Source: Pelomyxa schiedti
Lineage: Eukaryota > Protista > Evosea
Direction: 5' to 3'
Assembly: GCA_020536535.1 (NCBI GenBank)
Contig: JAHLWZ010000080.1
Coordinates: forward strand, 1 to 34,907
DNA: 34,907 nt
Made by a program: the position numbers and the translations under genes. The notes under the pieces are model-generated. The model was not told the origin of the DNA, searched no databases, and saw nothing but the letters and a program-made list of their open reading frames with translations. Positions 23,405-34,787 of the stretch are shown here, piece by piece (position 1 is the stretch's first letter; every line of letters begins with the position of its first letter).

Positions 23405-24736
23405 TCAAAGGAACCACATTGATACAGTTGAAGGGGGTGACACTGAGGGGTACATAGAATGATGAGGGGGTGATGGTGACTGTGGGGGTATAATTACTCT
23501 CCTCTGTGGTGGTGAGGCTGAACTAGAACCTGATGTGTTGAAGCTGGTGTTGGTGTTGTTTGTTGGTGGTGTGATTGGTATCGGCGGTGTTGAAAGGACT
23601 TGGGACGAAGTGAACATCATAGGGGAACTACAGTACGGGGAAAGGAACCCACCTCCGGTCATGATGGAATGACGAGGAAATGAGGTATTTGGTGCGGGTA
23701 GTGGGGGTGACATGGAGAGAAGGCCTAGTTCAACTCCAACAATTCCGGAACCGGTTCCATGGTCAAGGTGGGAACCTGGAATGTTCCGGCTGTGGAGACT
23801 GGCCCCGCTCTCGTATATCTGAGGTGGTGGGTTGTTGGACCGGTGAGGGGGTGATACGCTGCAAAGGAAGAATTGCTGCTGTGGGGACTGAGCGGTAAAC
23901 AAGTCATCACAGGAACCGCCGTAGGGAGTGAAGTCATCTACCTCTGAACCGTCATTAGATGGTTGTTGAGAGGTGGTTATTGCCGGCGAGTTCGCCATCG
24001 GAATCCTTGTCACCGCGTGCGGTACATCATGGGAGTGGTCCGGGCGAGGTGGTACTGTTTCAACAACACCCTCTTCTCCCTCAGCACACAGTTCTTCTCT
24101 GTATCCACCAACGCCAGGCAGTATTACACCTTCAGAATCCTGTTGCGAACTATCATCACCGGCACTATAAGTATTCCTAGCAAGAGAAGAAGAAGAGGAA
24201 GCGGTGGATGTGGAATTTCTCTCTGAAGAGCGAGACATCATAATAGCCTGCAGTTCCTCGTCAATCTCAGCAGAATCAAGCCTGCTGGATTCAAACATAG
24301 TGCAACTCGGCGAGTCACAAGCAGACATAGTCACCTTTGGTGTCCACCTCCCCCCACTGCCAACATTACTATTAATACTACTATTACTGTTGTTGATGGT
24401 TCCCAATGGCTGTGTTTCCCTTTCCCTCTTATCATCAACAATTGCACTCGCAACCACTGACGAGGTTGATTCCATGAACCTTAAAAACCACAAACAATTG
24501 TGTCAATATTATATAAGGACAAATCATAATGCCAAATAGCAACCCCAAACACGTCAACAAATTCAATGAATGATGCACAACTAAAAATTTTTTGGTGTTT
24601 GACACCTGGAGGGAGCAGGGGGCCTGTTGGTCAACGGTGATGACGTCACTGAGTATGAGGCGTTATTGTTGACACCTCCTAGGACTGATGACCCACCGGT
24701 GAACCGCATTGGCCTCGGCGCAACAATCGTGGCCAT
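23405..24736 (-). CDS. Intrinsically disordered Ser/Pro-rich hypothetical protein, one intron
   Basis: ATG at 24736 (MATIVAPRPMRF). A GT-AG intron at ~24605-24480 joins it in frame to the 362-aa ORF ending STVSMWFL*. Confidence 0.7.
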
Positions 24737-24919
24737 CTTTGTTTTGGTTGGTTCCCAACTTCTACTTGATCAAAAGAAAGTGGTAAAAAAAATTGAACCG
24801 GTGGAGGGAAAAACCAAAAGATTTAGGGGAATGATTGGGGTTAGAAGAAGACGGTGGTATTGGTGATACTCAAATCAGTGGTAGTAGAAGGTGCAGTGTT
24901 GTAGACGTGAACGTGGGTG

Positions 24920-26414
24920 TCATATTCCGGATATAGTATCGGTCATAGCATGTGTTCTGTAAGCGTATGCCATTCTTGGAGTGTTGAAGGAGAATCTGGA
25001 AAGGATTTGGGGTTGGAATGAGGTTTACGGTTTTGTAGATAGACGTAGAGGAGGGATGGTTACCCAATGGAATTGGAGTTGCATGCTATCACACCGCCAA
25101 GGCCCCCTACTCGTTCGCCGAGGTAGCGGATGGATTTATCACAAGCCTCTTGGACTGTACATCCTGTCCTTATATTTTCAACAACTTGCCGGCTTATCAT
25201 GGTGCGTATCAAATCCTCACCATATCCTGTTGCGGCAACTGCGCCAATTCCTCTTTCAGTGAACCTAAGATTCCAGTTATTCTTATCATGGATATTGGGT
25301 TGTTGAAAGTATTAATTGTACTGTCAGTAATACCCTCCGCATCCCCAGATCGGACTGTCACCTACCCTTCCTGGTCTTTTAAACGGAATTCCTCCTTTAT
25401 GAAGGTTAAGTATTTTCTGTTGGATTGTAAGGTTGTACCTGTTGAAACTCCGACGGCAAAATTTCCGAAATTGTCATAGCATACACAGCCAACAGTGTCC
25501 ATTCCTTTATTCACAGCCTGAGTGGCATTGGCCGGACAGTTGGCGGGATTTGGATCTGGGTCAACCGGCTCAGTTCGGTGTGTAAAAGCTGATTTTGCAT
25601 GATAGGTCGCAGCCCGCGATTTAATTTCAAGATACCGCTCCAACTCTCTGCCCACAAGTAAGTCTTCTGGCTTGCATTCCTAAAACGAAGGTGAGGTAAA
25701 ATTTGAAGAAGAGTGGGTATCCTGACCTGCATTCCTTCTTCCATTGCAAAGAGAAGAGCGCCTCTTCCGACGAGCATTACGTGAGGGGACTTGTCTCTAA
25801 CAAGTCGGGCAGCCGCAATTGGGTGCCGTACATTCTGAATAGCACAGACCGACCCTATCTTCAGATCATCAGAGGCAATCATTGCATCCATTTCAACTTC
25901 CGCGTCCCGGTTTATAAAGGAACCCCGCCCAGCATCAAATACGCCACTGTCTTCCATGCACTCAATAGCTGCTTGGACCTAGTTCATATCAGGTAAGAAA
26001 TTTCACATAAAGAAGGGCATGTAGTTACTCACATACAGCGTCAACAGCACGTCCATTTCCGCGCAGAACCGCATCAGCCACATTGCACGCCCTCGTCACC
26101 CCCTTGGTGTTTGTTCAACATAAGTCCCCGTACCAGCATAATTAATGTAATAATTTTTTAGTGCACACCAACTTAACAAAGCGTTCCAGACAAAAAAAAA
26201 AAAAGGAAAACTACATAAACCAAAAAAAAAAACCGAGAACTACCTCTACGTGGGCATCGACAACACCGTCAGGTATGTCCCATGCACCCCCGTGCACCAC
26301 TGTTATATGTCTGTTCACTGTACTACTACCACTCCCGGTACTACCCACACAAGATCCTCCCGCACCCGTGCACGCCATTCGCCCGCTCGTGTATTTTCCT
26401 CGAAAGTGGTCCAT
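24920..26414 (-). CDS. Isoaspartyl peptidase / L-asparaginase (type 2, Ntn-hydrolase), ASRGL1/IaaA-like
   Basis: VVHGGAWDIP, MEDSGVFDAGRGS, VEMDAMI, VRHPIAAAR, HVMLVG, GMDTVGCV (nucleophile Thr), STGG..KRPGRVGDSP, ATGYGE, GLGGVI, FNTPRM. The start is 26414 or 26378. Confidence 0.92.
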
Positions 26415-26861
26415 CACCAATCATTCAAAAATACCATTCAGATGACCTCTGACTTCAGAAGAACTATTGGACGTTTCAGTCAAAAACCATAGTACTAAAT
26501 GAAAAATGAGGAACAGTATGGCAAGTGGGGTGTGTCCTTTCGGAGTTGAAGTGTTGGTTTTGGGAAGGTTTGGAGACTTACAAAATGCATTTCGCGAAAA
26601 TCGCTTGCAACCCGTAAAGAGTTTCTGAAGCACGAAGGATCTGGAAAGGTAAATTTACGAACTTTCCCAATCAGGAACCGTTTTCCAAGCACCTGTAAAC
26701 CGCTTCCCACGGAAGAAAATTCGCACAAAGACAGGCCGTTTGTGCTCCCCCTTTTGTTCTTTCCGCTTCATCCGCTGTGTGTTGGCCAAAGAGAAACCAA
26801 AAAAAGAGGAACCAAACTGACACCCCACACAAAAAAAAATTAAAAGCAAACGCAACACAAC

Positions 26862-29800
26862 ATGCCACACAGCTTCACTGGGTCCCATAATAAAGTCGGT
26901 GACGCCGGTGACGCCAGCAACAAGCCCCTGCCGATCCCCAAGGCGCAAGCCTCCACGAGCAACATCAAATCCCCTGCGTTGACAGCAACAAGTAACGAGA
27001 ACGACTTCCTCGATGTCATCGGAGTGCCGGTTGGTGACACGGCCAAAAACCACCGGGGGGCGTTTCCGCTAAAGGCCGTTGTTCCCTTGTCATCAGTTGC
27101 TATCGTTCTATGTGTCATTATTGTATGTTTGGTCCCTATGACACAGCAATGGAATGAATCCCTCAAGACTGTATCTCAGACTGCAAAGTCAAACTTGCTT
27201 GACGTGTGTTATCAAATTGAATGGAATTCGGGCATTTGCTAACCTGTCCTTTTTTTTTACAGGCTTTGGAATTGTACAGAAGGTCACTTGTGGTACAAGC
27301 AGTTGCAAATATAAGTTCTGTTGTACAACAGGCTCCGAATTTGGGAGAATTGATTGAGGGCTCAATTCCACTGGAGGAATACACATCTAATCTCACATTG
27401 ACTGCGGACTCGTCAAAGTTCAGGCAAATACTTAAGCCTATAAAGATTGGGTGGAAGGACTTTGTAAATACCGTGAGTTTCTTTCCTCTGTAATGTCACA
27501 TATACTGATCTGAAAAGATGGTTGCTTTCCAAAATAGTCACGGGGAACATTCTTACAATGAACGCTATCCAGGTCAGTGAGATCGAGTCAATTGTGTCAT
27601 ACTCAAACCTCTTTTTTTCCTTGCTAGACGGTTTCTATGTGATCTATGATAGTTGCATCAGTTTAGACATGGTCTCTTATAGATATATTAATGGCCTTCC
27701 TACACACAATTCAAGTGGCAAAATGCCAAATTACAATGTCACAAAACAGTCCTGGTGGTATGATGCCCATTTCCTAGGCAAACAGTAAGAATTTCTTAAG
27801 GAAAGCGGGAATGGCCGCAGAAGATGGAACCTGGACCAATGTATACAAAGACTTTTCCAGAGCATACACCATGGGATACACAAGGAGGGTCAAGGCCGCA
27901 CCAGTCCCGGCTGTCATTCAAATTACAATCACACTTCTTTCGATATCAAAGTACTTCAAAGCAATGAACCTGACTGAAACGGGGAGTGCCTATCTCGTTG
28001 ATTCAACACTCCAGGTCCATCCCACTCTCATATCTCCCTTTAGCTTCTCACCTAGAAACATATATACAATCTCGATTGCAACAGCTGATGGGAGCCACAC
28101 CAGGACTGAACATATCATATCTGAATGGCACAATTATGAAATCACCAGATAGCCCAATGGATGCCATTGGACTCACAGCGCGGACCTGGCTCAATTACAC
28201 CCATGGAATACCTCAAGAGGCCCACTTCATTGTGACTTTGTCCGACAAAGGCCCCTGCTACGCCGACATCGTTCCCATAACTGCGGATGGCGGCCTCGTC
28301 CTCTGGCTAACTCTAGTCACTCCCGAAAGGGTACGAGGCCCCTTTTTTTTCGTTTCGCTCGCTTGCTGATGATTTGTTTATAAAAATCCTTGTAGGATTT
28401 CCTCTCGAGCATCACAGCCCAGCAGGACCAGGCGGAGGCCGATGCCCATAAGTCTTTGTGGGCGGTGCTGGGGGTGGAACTATTCATCGCCGTGTGTGCC
28501 ATCGTTCTGAGCATTTCGTTGGCGGTCGTTTTGGCCTCAGCGCTCAAGAGAGTGACAACAAAATTACATGGCGTTTCTACGGGAAAATTCTCAAGGTGCA
28601 ATTTGATACTTTTTTCGTTTTTTTTTCTTCTCTATTTCTCACACTTCCAACAGGAGTGAGAGCTACACGGTTTTGAAAACAAGTGCAATTAGAGAAATAG
28701 ATATGGTGAGATTATACCCCCTACTTTCTTTTCTAACATATGCACAAAGTTAAATGCTGAAGTCTGTAGTATGCAGAGCACTCTTGAGTCATTCAGCCAG
28801 TGAGTGTCCTTTTTTTTCTGCTTTATTCCTTCTAATGCTATTCCAGATATGTTCCAACCCAAGTTGTAAGGCAAGAATTCATCCGAATTCGCGAGCTGTT
28901 TCTTACTAACTAATACTGTATAGGCATCTGTGCAAATACAAATTACGCCCAGTTGTAGGGTTCCGCGCAATGAAGTGTGTCGTAATGTTCCTTGACGTTG
29001 TAGATTTTGTATGACAGCGCACAAGTTTTCCTCTTTATTTACTATTTGTTAGACTAAAAACATGGATGCTTATGGTGCCCAGACCATCATTGAGGTGCTT
29101 TCAGTGATGTTTGAGGTATTCTCAACCATTATTACTAGAAATTCTGGCACAATTGACAAGGTTTACTCCTTCCACCCGGCCTACAATCTAACACTCACTA
29201 TTCAGTACATCGGTGATGCTATTATGGCCCTATGGGGTTGCCCGGAAGCTCTGGATGATCCCGAAATGCGTGCATGTGTTGCCATGGACGAAATCCTTGA
29301 AGAACTGGCAAAATTGAATGTAGTATTCCTTCAGAAGTTTAACATCACAATGCGCATTCGTATTGGGGTAAGAGTTCCTCTCTTCTTTATTGAATTCTGC
29401 TTAAACCAGACAGCTGCACTATGGAGAAGTAAGGGCCGGCAATGTCGGGTAGAATACTATTTTCTTTGGACTTCATTTTTCTAATATAACTCCAGATCAA
29501 GCCAGAGATTGAATTATACTGTACTTGGTGAGTCTGAAAAAGGCCATCCATCAAGTAACCAATTAACAACTATCAGGCAACACCGTCAACCTTGCAGCGA
29601 GATTGGAACCATTAAATAAAGAGCTCGGAACAGCCGTTCTTGTAACAGACAGCATCCGGAATCCCTGCTGCAAATCATTTTCTTTCCGGGCCCTAGGCAA
29701 AATCTTTGTATATCCCCAATTCCATTCCTCCCAGCAAATAATACATACAACAGGTTCGCGGTTTCCAAGACCCCATCCTGGTACATGAATTTCTCGGGGC

Positions 29801-30071
29801 AACCTCCAAGTGAGCATTACCATTCCGGCTCTTCACCATTTCATTAACACATCACCCCAGAATTGACAGTAAGACCCAGCTTATGCTGCAGCACTATTCC
29901 GCCGTTGATCAAGCCCTTTGTTGCAATGACGCAGAGCCTCTCCAGGCCTTGTTGGATGAATTCGTCTCCAGGTTCCCCCTGGATAAGCCTGCTGCCCTCA
30001 CAGCCCAGCTTCTTCGCCAGTCCAACAATAATGCAATCACAGGCACAATCAGCACAACATCATTCCACTAG
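26862..30071 (+). CDS. Transmembrane sensor class III adenylate cyclase (TM - Cache-like extracellular region - TM - linker - cyclase)
   Basis: Two hydrophobic helices (~27075-27135 and ~28455-28540). WWY...GTWTNVYKD is Cache-like. Cyclase motifs VMFLDVVDF, TIDKYIGDAIMALWG, RIRIGLHYGEV..GNVGS..RLNYTVLGNTVNLAARLE. Confidence 0.9.
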
Positions 30072-30656
30072 ACCCACACCTCAATATCACCCTGTAAAAA
30101 AAAAAAATAATTTATACATATAAATACCCAAAGCAAAAACCAATGAAAAACCAAAAAGCAAAAACCAAAAAAACGCGGACATTTGAAATTCGTTTTGCCA
30201 AAGCTTGGAACAAGGTGGTGGTGTGAGGAGAGGGAATTATGGGTGTGGCTGGAGCTGCCATCGTTGCCTGCCTGTGTTGTCATCGCACGGCCAGAGATCA
30301 AAGAAATGGCCCGAATCCGGGCAGCTGAGGTAAGATCTCCCTCCGCCGACTCCTCCGTGCACCCTGATATAGCAAGTGTGCGGCAGGGCGTGGTTGGCTG
30401 GACCACGGATTCCGGCACGGGCGTGATGTACCACCTGACCCTGCCCGAGTTGTCGTCGCAGTGCCACCGGTCGACCTTCTTGCCGTCGGCGGTGGAGTTC
30501 TCGAAATGAAGTTCATGGATGTGTGGGGATGTTTTCTTCTGAGACACCAAACTGCGAGCCGTTGCGTAGCCAACGCCCCATTCTCTAGACAACAATCTCT
30601 GCAGACAGTGACGTACTATATGTTGAGGATTTGATAGAAATTCCTTTGAAAACGAA

Positions 30657-32108
30657 ATGATCAGTGTGGTGGGGCGTGACGATGGTGGGACTTGCCCAGT
30701 GACAGCACAACAACAAGCACTTGCATTGTTGTGCTGTTACAATCGACCCCATTCGGTGAGTCCCACGAAACCACCAACGCCGTCGCCGTCATCACCACCA
30801 TCACAACTGCGCGTTGTCCCACAATCGATTCTGCGCGATTTCGTGCAGAACTGGGTGCTGCCCACNNNNNNNNNNNNNNNNNNNNNNNNNNNNNNNNNNN
30901 NNNNNNNNNNNNNNNNNNNNNNNNNNNNNNNNNNNNNNNNNNNNNNNNNNNNNNNNNNNNNNNNNGACCCCATTCGGTGAGTCCCACGAAACCACCAACG
31001 CCGTCGCCGTCATCACCACCATCACAACTGCGCGTTGTCCCACAATCGATTCTGCGCGATTTCGTGCAGAACTGGGTGCTGCCCACCAACCGCCGCGTTG
31101 TCCTCGTGATAAATAATAACAGCGACAACCCACACCATGAGGAAGTCATTCGCGGAAAACAACGGTTCGTGACCATGTTTGTTGTGATCGGGGTGTCATT
31201 CACCCTGGGAATCACACAAGGGCCATCAGTGACATGGCATGGAATGACTTGGGAGGTTGTCCTTGGGTTCCTCAGCCAGACTGTTGTGCTGTCGTGCCAT
31301 GGGTCATCACTGTATGTGGAAGACCTCAGTGGTGAGAGTGCTTGCTCCACTGTGGAATTGGTTAGCAGTGTGTGGAGGTGCGTGGCATACAGCTCAAAGT
31401 GGCTGGCTGTCATATTTCACAATTCCGGACACTGGATATGGAGGCTGAACCAGAAGAACGGCTTCCCTGAGGGTGAACCTCTGAAATTGGATATCACCGA
31501 GATTGTGAAAGTGTGCTATTTCTCATTTCCCAGGGTGTTCATGACACGCAGCCAGCCATTTGACTGCATTGCAGAGGGTGATGAGATGTGCATTGTTAAC
31601 GACGAGCGTGATTTCTGCCACCTGAGGATTTTCGATATCAGAAAGTGCTTCGAAGCGAAAGAATTCGTGGCTATCAGGCAGTACCGGACTCCAAGGGACC
31701 CATCAAGGGGAGGGAATCCTTCGTGTTCTGAGTGACCGCGATGGTGGGATGCATGTTGCGTCCGCTGTGTTACAAGAGAACTGCACTGTGATTCAGAATG
31801 TGGCCACGGGTCAACGCACTGTTATACCATCCACCAACAACATCATACCAGTTGATTCAACGCACTTTGGAACCTGCCCGTATCTTCCTTTGGGACCAGC
31901 TGCAAATGAAATTTACGAAATAGGCTCAAACAAGATTGTGAGGGAATGGGTGGGAACCGCAGACAGGCACTGGGGAGATGGACTCATGTTCACAACAGAT
32001 AATTATGGGAGGACAACGTGCAGTGAGGCACTCTCTGGAATCCACATTGTTTCATTCTCTGTGTGTTCTGACGACATCATAGTTTCGGACCCTTTTCCAA
32101 TCTCCTGA
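30657..32108 (+). pseudogene. Orphan-family paralogue with frameshift (tandem copy 1)
   Basis: Highly similar to 32212-33447. About 14 nt are missing near 31706-31715 relative to that copy, giving a stop at 31733-31735, while homology continues in ORF 31749-32108. Confidence 0.7.
30866..30965. other. Scaffold gap (100 N) flanked by an exact 120-bp overlap
   Basis: 30746-30865 equals 30966-31085, as expected for unmerged overlapping contig ends. Confidence 0.9.
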
Positions 32109-32211
32109 GGTTGTCAAATCTCTCTGGTTTAATCTTTGAAAAGCGAGGCACTGCGATGAGAGCAATTGGAGGGATGCGAGATTTCGTTATTTCGTTTCTT
32201 TGAAAACGAAA

Positions 32212-33447
32212 ATGATCAGTGTGGTGGGGCGTGACGATGATGGAACTTGCCCAGTGACAGCACAACAACAAGCACTTGCGCTGTTGTGCTGCTACAATCA
32301 ACCCCAGTCGTTGAATATCATCAAACGACCTCCGTCATCACCATCACCACTGCGCGTTGTCCCACAATCGATTCTGCGCGATTTCGTGCAGAACTGGGTG
32401 CTGCCCACCAACCGACGTGTCGTCCTCGTCGTAAACAACAACAGCGACGAGGATGACGTCATTCGCGGAAAACACCCGTTCGTGACCATGTTTGTTGTGA
32501 TTGGGGTGTCATTCACTCTGGGAATCACACAAGGGCCATCGGTCACATGGCATGGAATGACTTGGGAGGTTGTCATTGGGTTCCTCAGCACAACAGTGGT
32601 GCTCTGGTGCCATGGGTCTGCACTGGCTGTGACTGACGTCAGTGGTGGTTCCACTGTTGTATTGATTCCTGGTGGTGTGTTGACGAGCGTGGTTCACAGC
32701 TCAAAGTGGCTGGTGGTTATATTGGACGATGCAAAACTCAGGATATGGAGGATGAACCAGCAGAAGAGGTTCCCTGAGGGTGAACATCTGGAACTGGATA
32801 TCACTGATATGAAGAAAATGTGCTGGTTGTCAGTCCCCAAGGTTATCATGACACACAGCCAGCCATCTGATTGCATTTCAGAGGGTGACGAGATGTGCAT
32901 TGTTACCGACGAGCGTGATCGCTGCAACCTGAGGATTTTCGATATTGGAAAGTGCTTTGAAACGAAAGAACTCGTGGTTACCAGGCAGTACTCCACCCCC
33001 AGGGCTCCATCAAGGTCATTGGACTATGGGGGTGCAATCCTTCGCGTTCTGAGTGATCGCAATGGTGGGATGCATGTTGTGTTCTGGGTGACGGAGGCTT
33101 CCTGCATTGAGATTCAGAATGTGGCCACTGGCCAACGCACTGTTCTGCCAGCCACCAATAACATCATACCAGTTGATTCAGCTCACTTTGGAACCTGGCA
33201 GTATTTTCCTAAAGGAAAAGAGAAGAATCCAGCTGCAAGAAATGGAATTTACAAAATAGGCTCAAATGAGATTGTGAGGGAATGGGTGGAAAACGCAGAC
33301 AGGCACTGGGGAGGTGGGCTCATGTTCACAAAAGAGAATGATGGGATGATAACGTGCAGTGAGGCACTCTCTGGAATCCACATTGTTTCATTCTTTGTGT
33401 GTTCCAACAACTTCAAAACAGTTTTGCACCCTTTTTCAATCTCGTGA
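32212..33447 (+). CDS. Orphan-family protein (tandem copy 2), intronless, intact
   Basis: Uninterrupted ORF MISVVGRDDDGTCPVTAQQQALALLCC...HPFSIS, homologous to 30657-32108 and 2246-3518. Confidence 0.85.
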   Translation: MISVVGRDDDGTCPVTAQQQALALLCCYNQPQSLNIIKRPPSSPSPLRVVPQSILRDFVQNWVLPTNRRVVLVVNNNSDEDDVIRGKHPFVTMFVVIGVSFTLGITQGPSVTWHGMTWEVVIGFLSTTVVLWCHGSALAVTDVSGGSTVVLIPGGVLTSVVHSSKWLVVILDDAKLRIWRMNQQKRFPEGEHLELDITDMKKMCWLSVPKVIMTHSQPSDCISEGDEMCIVTDERDRCNLRIFDIGKCFETKELVVTRQYSTPRAPSRSLDYGGAILRVLSDRNGGMHVVFWVTEASCIEIQNVATGQRTVLPATNNIIPVDSAHFGTWQYFPKGKEKNPAARNGIYKIGSNEIVREWVENADRHWGGGLMFTKENDGMITCSEALSGIHIVSFFVCSNNFKTVLHPFSIS

Positions 33448-33464
33448 AGCTGTCAAATCTCTGT

Positions 33465-33564
33465 NNNNNNNNNNNNNNNNNNNNNNNNNNNNNNNNNNNN
33501 NNNNNNNNNNNNNNNNNNNNNNNNNNNNNNNNNNNNNNNNNNNNNNNNNNNNNNNNNNNNNNNN
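33465..33564. other. Scaffold gap (100 N)
   Basis: Run of N. Confidence 1.
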
Positions 33565-34526
33565 GAGAGAAAAAGAGTTTGTACATTCAAATCAGATCCA
33601 AAATTGGAAATTGGGGGGACATTAGCATGAGCAAGATGGAAGTTTGCCCTGTCGTTGTTAAAGTAGTTGCGTGGTGTGGTAGGAATAAACCATTCAAGGA
33701 TAACTCTCTCAGCATCGGAAACAGTCACAGGAGTAGCTGTTTCATTTGTATTCGCCATAGCAAGTCGTGTGACTGTCAGTTTCAAGTCATACTGTAGTTT
33801 CAGTTAGAGGCATGAAAAAGTTGAAAGGAAGTTGAAAATACCGCAACAAGTTGCCAGAGCAAGCCTAGTGTTACATGAGGGGCCTTTTGAGAGTTGAGTA
33901 AGAGTAAACGGGGCAGAGGGATATAGCACCTTTCCCTGGCATATCTCTGCAGTGTGGATATTGATTATATTGATTCCTTTTATTGTTGTTGCAGCCTCAA
34001 GTGCCTTGGAGATATTTTCTCTCATATGGATTTCCATCATTTGTGCCTTACTGGTGAACGAAGGTATAAGGGGCTTATCTCCACCAAAGGTGTTTACAAA
34101 TTTGCTGCAGTGAAAGGTCATAACAGAGGTAAGCGGGAGACAACTAACCACAGAATAACGCCATCTCTTAAAGCCTGAAATATGTCCACAGGGGTAGCGA
34201 TAGGAATTTTCCCGTGTGGCAGAGTTCCACTTTTATAGAAGTTATTATCTATAATAAGAAGAAATGGAGCAGAAGAGAGTAAGCACGCACGATTGCAACA
34301 AAGAATCAGAAGCAAGGCACCGGTTAATGTGGCTCACAATACCAGCCAACTCCTCCTCAGAATATCTTGATTTTTTGGTTATAGTGGCATAATTATAAAC
34401 ATTGGAAACAACAAAAGGGATTAATTAAAAAGAAACCCAAAAACAACACACATACGAGTGTGAACCAGCATCAGTTGACAGTTGCACCACTTTACCCCCT
34501 GTCTTAAATGCACCCCCGCTGGCCAT
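33565..34526 (-). CDS. 5' exons of the fimbrin-type CH-domain gene, second copy/allele, truncated by the gap
   Basis: ATG at 34526 (MASGGAFKTGGKVVQLSTDAGSHS), then YSEEELAGIVSHIN, LRDGVIL and RENISKAL as at 9662-10643. Confidence 0.85.
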
Positions 34527-34787
34527 TGTTTATTGTTATGGGTGTCGTTCAAATATTGCCTTTTGGTTTTCCTTGTTGGTTTTTCGTTGTAGTTTTGCCG
34601 GGCGTTGTTGACTTTTCGGTACTGCAACGAAAACTTTCTGGGGTGTTGTCAAGACGCTTGGTGTCCCCCACTCTCAAAACCAGTTTGGCACTACTACCCT
34701 GCTCACAACCTTTATAAGCACGTTCAAAATCTCAGACTCACAGTCACCTTCTAATCAAAGAAGATCACTTCACATGCTGTCGTCTGA
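33565..34787. repeat. Diverged copy (alternative haplotype or segmental duplicate) of ~9662-10962
   Basis: Exons are nearly identical to the 5' half of the CH-domain gene. Introns and upstream region carry SNPs and indels. Confidence 0.9.

Noticed and set aside
23405-26414. Asparaginase fused to the long Ser/Pro-rich ORF
   Set aside because: The asparaginase frame stops at 24922-24920, and the downstream ORF has its own ATG exon at 24736.
21322-30071. Operon-like Ca2+/inositol phosphate/cAMP signalling cluster
   Set aside because: The genes are on mixed strands and interleaved with unrelated genes. Nothing in the sequence shows co-regulation.
30746-31085. Apparent 120-bp tandem repeat around the N gap
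   Set aside because: The copies are identical on both sides of a 100-N gap and the paralogue has the segment once, so this is an unmerged contig overlap.
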